Shown piece by piece: positions 8,378-11,149 of a stretch of 11,149 nucleotides of DNA (position 1 is its first letter; the number at the start of each line of letters is the position of its first letter). Both the position numbers and the translations under genes were made by a program. Below the pieces are notes generated by a model. The model made no database searches. It was given only the letters and a program-made list of their open reading frames with translations, and had not been told where the DNA came from. This DNA comes from an uncultured archaeon. GTDB taxonomy: Archaea > Asgardarchaeota > Heimdallarchaeia > Heimdallarchaeales > Heimdallarchaeaceae. The stretch lies in contig CAZHRF010000069.1 of NCBI GenBank assembly GCA_964534625.1, forward strand, positions 1 through 11,149, written 5' to 3'.

Positions 8378-9727
8378 ATGAACTGGCTTGACCAAACTAA
8401 AAATTTACTGATTGAATTGATTCAGTCAGAACCGGTTAACCCTACATCTAATGAAGAAAAAGCTGCTAAATTAGTTTATAGTCTCTTGAAAAAACATAAT
8501 ATTGAAGCAGAGCTTTTACATAAAGAAGGACATGATAAACGATTAAATGTTGTAGCTAAACTACCGGGTAAAGATCCTCATGCTGCTAAACTTGCTTTAC
8601 TTGGGCACTTAGATGTAGTTCCTGCTGGAAATCCCAGTAATTGGAAGCATCCCCCTTTCGCGGGAATTGAAGCTGATGGTTGTATTTGGGGAAGAGGGGC
8701 TTTGGATTGTCTTGTTACCGTCGCTTCAGAAGTTATAGCCTTGATTAGACTCAAAGAAGAAGGTTTTCAACCTGAAGGTGACATTATTCTTATCTGCGAA
8801 GCGGATGAAGAAGAAGGAGCGCAATATGGAGCGGAATTTCTTACAAAAGAACACTGGGATCTAGTAGGTGCGGATTATCTCATTAATGAAGGTGGAGGAA
8901 TCCCCATAAAGACAACTGAAAATAAGACACAATATGTCTTTAGTAATGCAGAAAAGGGGCCGTTTTGGATGGATATTAAAATAAAAGGTTCACCTGGACA
9001 TGCATCGGTACCAAATAATAAAAAAAATACCCTTGTCAAAGCAGCCAAGATTATTAATAATATCAGTAAATATACTGCTAAAATTAGAATAACACAAAAC
9101 TATAAGGAGTTTATAGAAGCTTATGGGCTTCCTAAAGTATTAGGCAATAAATATGTATTTTCTGTCATTTATCCTTTATTAAAAATGATCATGCCTGATA
9201 AAGCTGCATTTATTAACGCTATGGTGAGACAAACGTTCAGTCCAACGATGATAAAAGGGGGAGAAAAAGCCAATATTATTCCCGATGAAATTGAATTAAC
9301 AGTGGATTCACGTATAGTACCAGAACAAACTTTTGAAGAAGCAAAAGAAGAGCTTGAAAGAGCTATTGGCAAAAAATATCTTAAAGATGTATTTATTCAA
9401 CCTAAATTACAATCCGAGGGTTCAATAAGCACATTCAATAGTCCTTTAACACACAGTATTCAACAGACAATGAAAAATTTAGATCCTCAAGCAGAATTGG
9501 TACCATTTATACTATCGGGAACGACTGATTCGAGATATTGGAGAGAAAAAGGTAGTATGGCCTATGGATTTGCACCTGTTACAGCTTTTCTTCCTGGAAA
9601 TGAAATAGCGAATCTTGCACATAATAATAATGAACGAATAAGTATTGATTCAATTGAAATGATGCATGAGTTTATGTATCAAGCTGCAAAAAACTTTCAA
9701 TCAGAACAACATGAAAAAATAATTTAG
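8378..9727 (+). CDS. M20/M25/M40 family metallopeptidase/amidohydrolase (ArgE/DapE-like)
   Basis: LLGHLDVVP, IWGRGALD, EADEEEG, NEGG, GSPGHAS, GTTDSR and AHNNNERI motifs. Confidence 0.93.
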   Translation: MNWLDQTKNLLIELIQSEPVNPTSNEEKAAKLVYSLLKKHNIEAELLHKEGHDKRLNVVAKLPGKDPHAAKLALLGHLDVVPAGNPSNWKHPPFAGIEADGCIWGRGALDCLVTVASEVIALIRLKEEGFQPEGDIILICEADEEEGAQYGAEFLTKEHWDLVGADYLINEGGGIPIKTTENKTQYVFSNAEKGPFWMDIKIKGSPGHASVPNNKKNTLVKAAKIINNISKYTAKIRITQNYKEFIEAYGLPKVLGNKYVFSVIYPLLKMIMPDKAAFINAMVRQTFSPTMIKGGEKANIIPDEIELTVDSRIVPEQTFEEAKEELERAIGKKYLKDVFIQPKLQSEGSISTFNSPLTHSIQQTMKNLDPQAELVPFILSGTTDSRYWREKGSMAYGFAPVTAFLPGNEIANLAHNNNERISIDSIEMMHEFMYQAAKNFQSEQHEKII

Positions 9728-9752
9728 ATTGAAGAATTTCGAATCTTTAATC

Positions 9753-9773
9753 TTTTTTCTTTTAAATTTTTTT
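9753..9773 (+). terminator. Oligo-T terminator candidate after the M20 gene
   Basis: TTTTTTCTTTTAAATTTTTTT about 25 nt after the stop. Confidence 0.4.
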
Positions 9774-9777
9774 CTTA

Positions 9778-10027
9778 GTAAATTTGTTATCACGGGCATC
9801 CCTCACTGGAATAGGCACTAATTCGTTTTTTAGGCTCTCAGGGTGTGCTGGGCTTTACGGAATATAATAGTACGTAGTGTAAATCTCAGATTTACTAAAA
9901 GGGCAAAATAAGAGATAGAATGACCCGATACGTCTAAGGTGTGGAGAATAATTAACTTTAGGCACTATTGCGCGAAGGGCTAAGGGGATGAAGAAGAAAT
10001 GAAGACGTCAAAACTTTCTTCACTAAT
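9778..10027. repeat. 250-bp structured non-coding element, copy 1
   Basis: Direct repeat of 10885-11135 with 6 substitutions and 1 indel. Confidence 0.95.
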
Positions 10028-10261
10028 GTTTAAAATATAGCTAAAGTTAGTATTTAAATGAATCATGAATCATTATAAGGTTAAAAATGAGTGTTACTTA
10101 CTTACAATTTTTGCTTCAAGGTCATTGTACAATCTCACTCATTAATAGTCAAATTTTAAGAAAATTCTCCGTCATTTATTTTTAGCTTTTTAATCAATCA
10201 GTTCTCCATTAAATTCTGGTTATTGAAAAGGTTTTTTAGTCTATTTTTCTATTGTTAATCT

Positions 10262-10795
10262 ATGAAAATTTTATATATTTCAGGCAGTCCAAGAAAAAGC
10301 AGCAATACCGATTATCTGCTAAATGTACTACATTCTAAAATAAAAGGTGAGATGATTAAATTATCCGATTATAGGATCGATTCTTGTCATGCCTGTATGG
10401 ATTGCCGTGGAAAAGGCGAATGTGTCATTAAAGATGATATGCAAGAAATAATCATACCCAAGCTTCTTGAAAGTAAGGTTATTGTCCTCGGCTCACCGAT
10501 CTATTTCAATAATGTGTCTTCTCAGATGAAAGCTTTTATAGATCGAACACATTGTTTGATGGGATTGTTGAAAAATAAAATCGGAGGTGCTATAGTCGTA
10601 GGACGGCGATTTGGGGCCGAAAGTGCAATAACTGCAATCAATGCATTTTTCCTTAAACATGAAATCATTCCTAGTAATAGAGGTGTTGTTGGAATCGCAT
10701 TTAACGCAGGGGAAATTGAAAAGGATGTTGAAGCGATAAAAGATACAAAAAAACTTGGAGATCGTATCTTGAATCTCGAGAAGATTTTGGATTGA
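10262..10795 (+). CDS. Iron-sulfur flavoprotein (Isf-like; flavodoxin / NADPH-dependent FMN reductase family)
   Basis: SGSPRKSSNT FMN loop, CHACMDCRGKGEC (CX2CX2CX5C) and GSPIYF...QMKAFIDR. Confidence 0.92.
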   Translation: MKILYISGSPRKSSNTDYLLNVLHSKIKGEMIKLSDYRIDSCHACMDCRGKGECVIKDDMQEIIIPKLLESKVIVLGSPIYFNNVSSQMKAFIDRTHCLMGLLKNKIGGAIVVGRRFGAESAITAINAFFLKHEIIPSNRGVVGIAFNAGEIEKDVEAIKDTKKLGDRILNLEKILD

Positions 10796-10854
10796 TAAAT
10801 TCTGACTAAAAAGAATCCACAATCAAATCAGATATTGACTGTAATCTTCGAATT

Positions 10855-10884
10855 TAATACATAATACATAATACATATACATAT
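10855..10884. repeat. Short tandem repeat (TAATACA)x3 + TATACA + TAT
   Basis: Read directly from the sequence. It abuts the start of repeat copy 2. Confidence 0.8.
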
Positions 10885-11135
10885 GTAAATTTGTTATGAC
10901 GGGCATCCCTCACTGGAATAGGCGCTAATTCGTTTTTTAGGCTCTCAGGGTGTGCTGGGCTTTACGGAATATAATAGTGCGCAGTGTAAATCTCAGATTT
11001 ACTAAAAGGGCAAAATAAGAGATAGAATGACCCGATACGTCTAAGGTGTGGAGAATAATTAACTTTAGGCACTATTGCGCGAAGGGCCTAAGGGGATGAA
11101 GAAGAAAGGAAGACGTCAAAACTTTTTTCACTAAT
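10885..11135. repeat. 251-bp structured non-coding element, copy 2 (candidate ncRNA or non-autonomous mobile element)
   Basis: About 41% GC by hand count, against about 24% in 10028-10260. I saw no long ORF. Several complementary segments, including paired ends. Confidence 0.95.
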
Positions 11136-11149
11136 CAATCTAAAAAAAG

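Noticed and set aside
9169-9372. 67-aa minus-strand ORF
   Set aside because: Antisense shadow inside the M20 gene.
10493-10822. 109-aa minus-strand ORF
   Set aside because: Antisense shadow of the flavoprotein gene.
10896-10928. Mini-ORF MTGIPHWNRR in copy 2
   Set aside because: The start codon is ATC in copy 1, and the ORF is too short to support.
9778-11135. Repeat pair as a DGR template/variable repeat
   Set aside because: Differences are not confined to adenines of one copy, neither copy lies in a CDS, and no RT is present.
9778-11135. Repeats as integron attC sites or CRISPR repeats
   Set aside because: Too long for either. The GTT...AAC order is the reverse of attC (RYYYAAC...GTTRRRY). 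No short repeat-spacer periodicity and no intI or cas genes.
10885-11135. Repeat as an IscB omegaRNA/HEARO RNA or group II intron fragment
   Set aside because: Only short resemblances (CGAAGGG, GTGCG). No IS200/605-type terminal hairpin, no domain V and no associated ORF. Not excluded without a covariance-model search.

Overview
AT-rich window, probably from an Asgard-type archaeon. This is inferred from a Rab-like GTPase without a prenylation tail, a double zinc-ribbon membrane protein, T-tract terminators and a run of mostly standalone genes. It encodes an orphan beta-class N4/N6 DNA methyltransferase, a small membrane protein, a MASE3 histidine-kinase-like sensor with degenerate ATP boxes, a VOC protein, a GPH/MelB-type MFS transporter, a Rab-like GTPase, an eroded membrane ORF, a zinc-ribbon membrane protein, an M20 peptidase and an iron-sulfur flavoprotein. 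The non-coding DNA is the most interesting part. (1) Two ~97% identical, ~250-bp, GC-enriched, ORF-less, self-complementary elements (9778-10027, 10885-11135) sit in direct orientation on either side of the flavoprotein gene, and I do not recognise their family. (2) An IS200/IS605 right end carries a tnpB 3' remnant and a putative omegaRNA scaffold (8078-8310, minus strand). (3) A ~106-bp MITE with inverted ends and a target duplication (181-287) interrupts a small membrane-protein pseudogene, and a solo copy of its end lies where the tnpB remnant is truncated.
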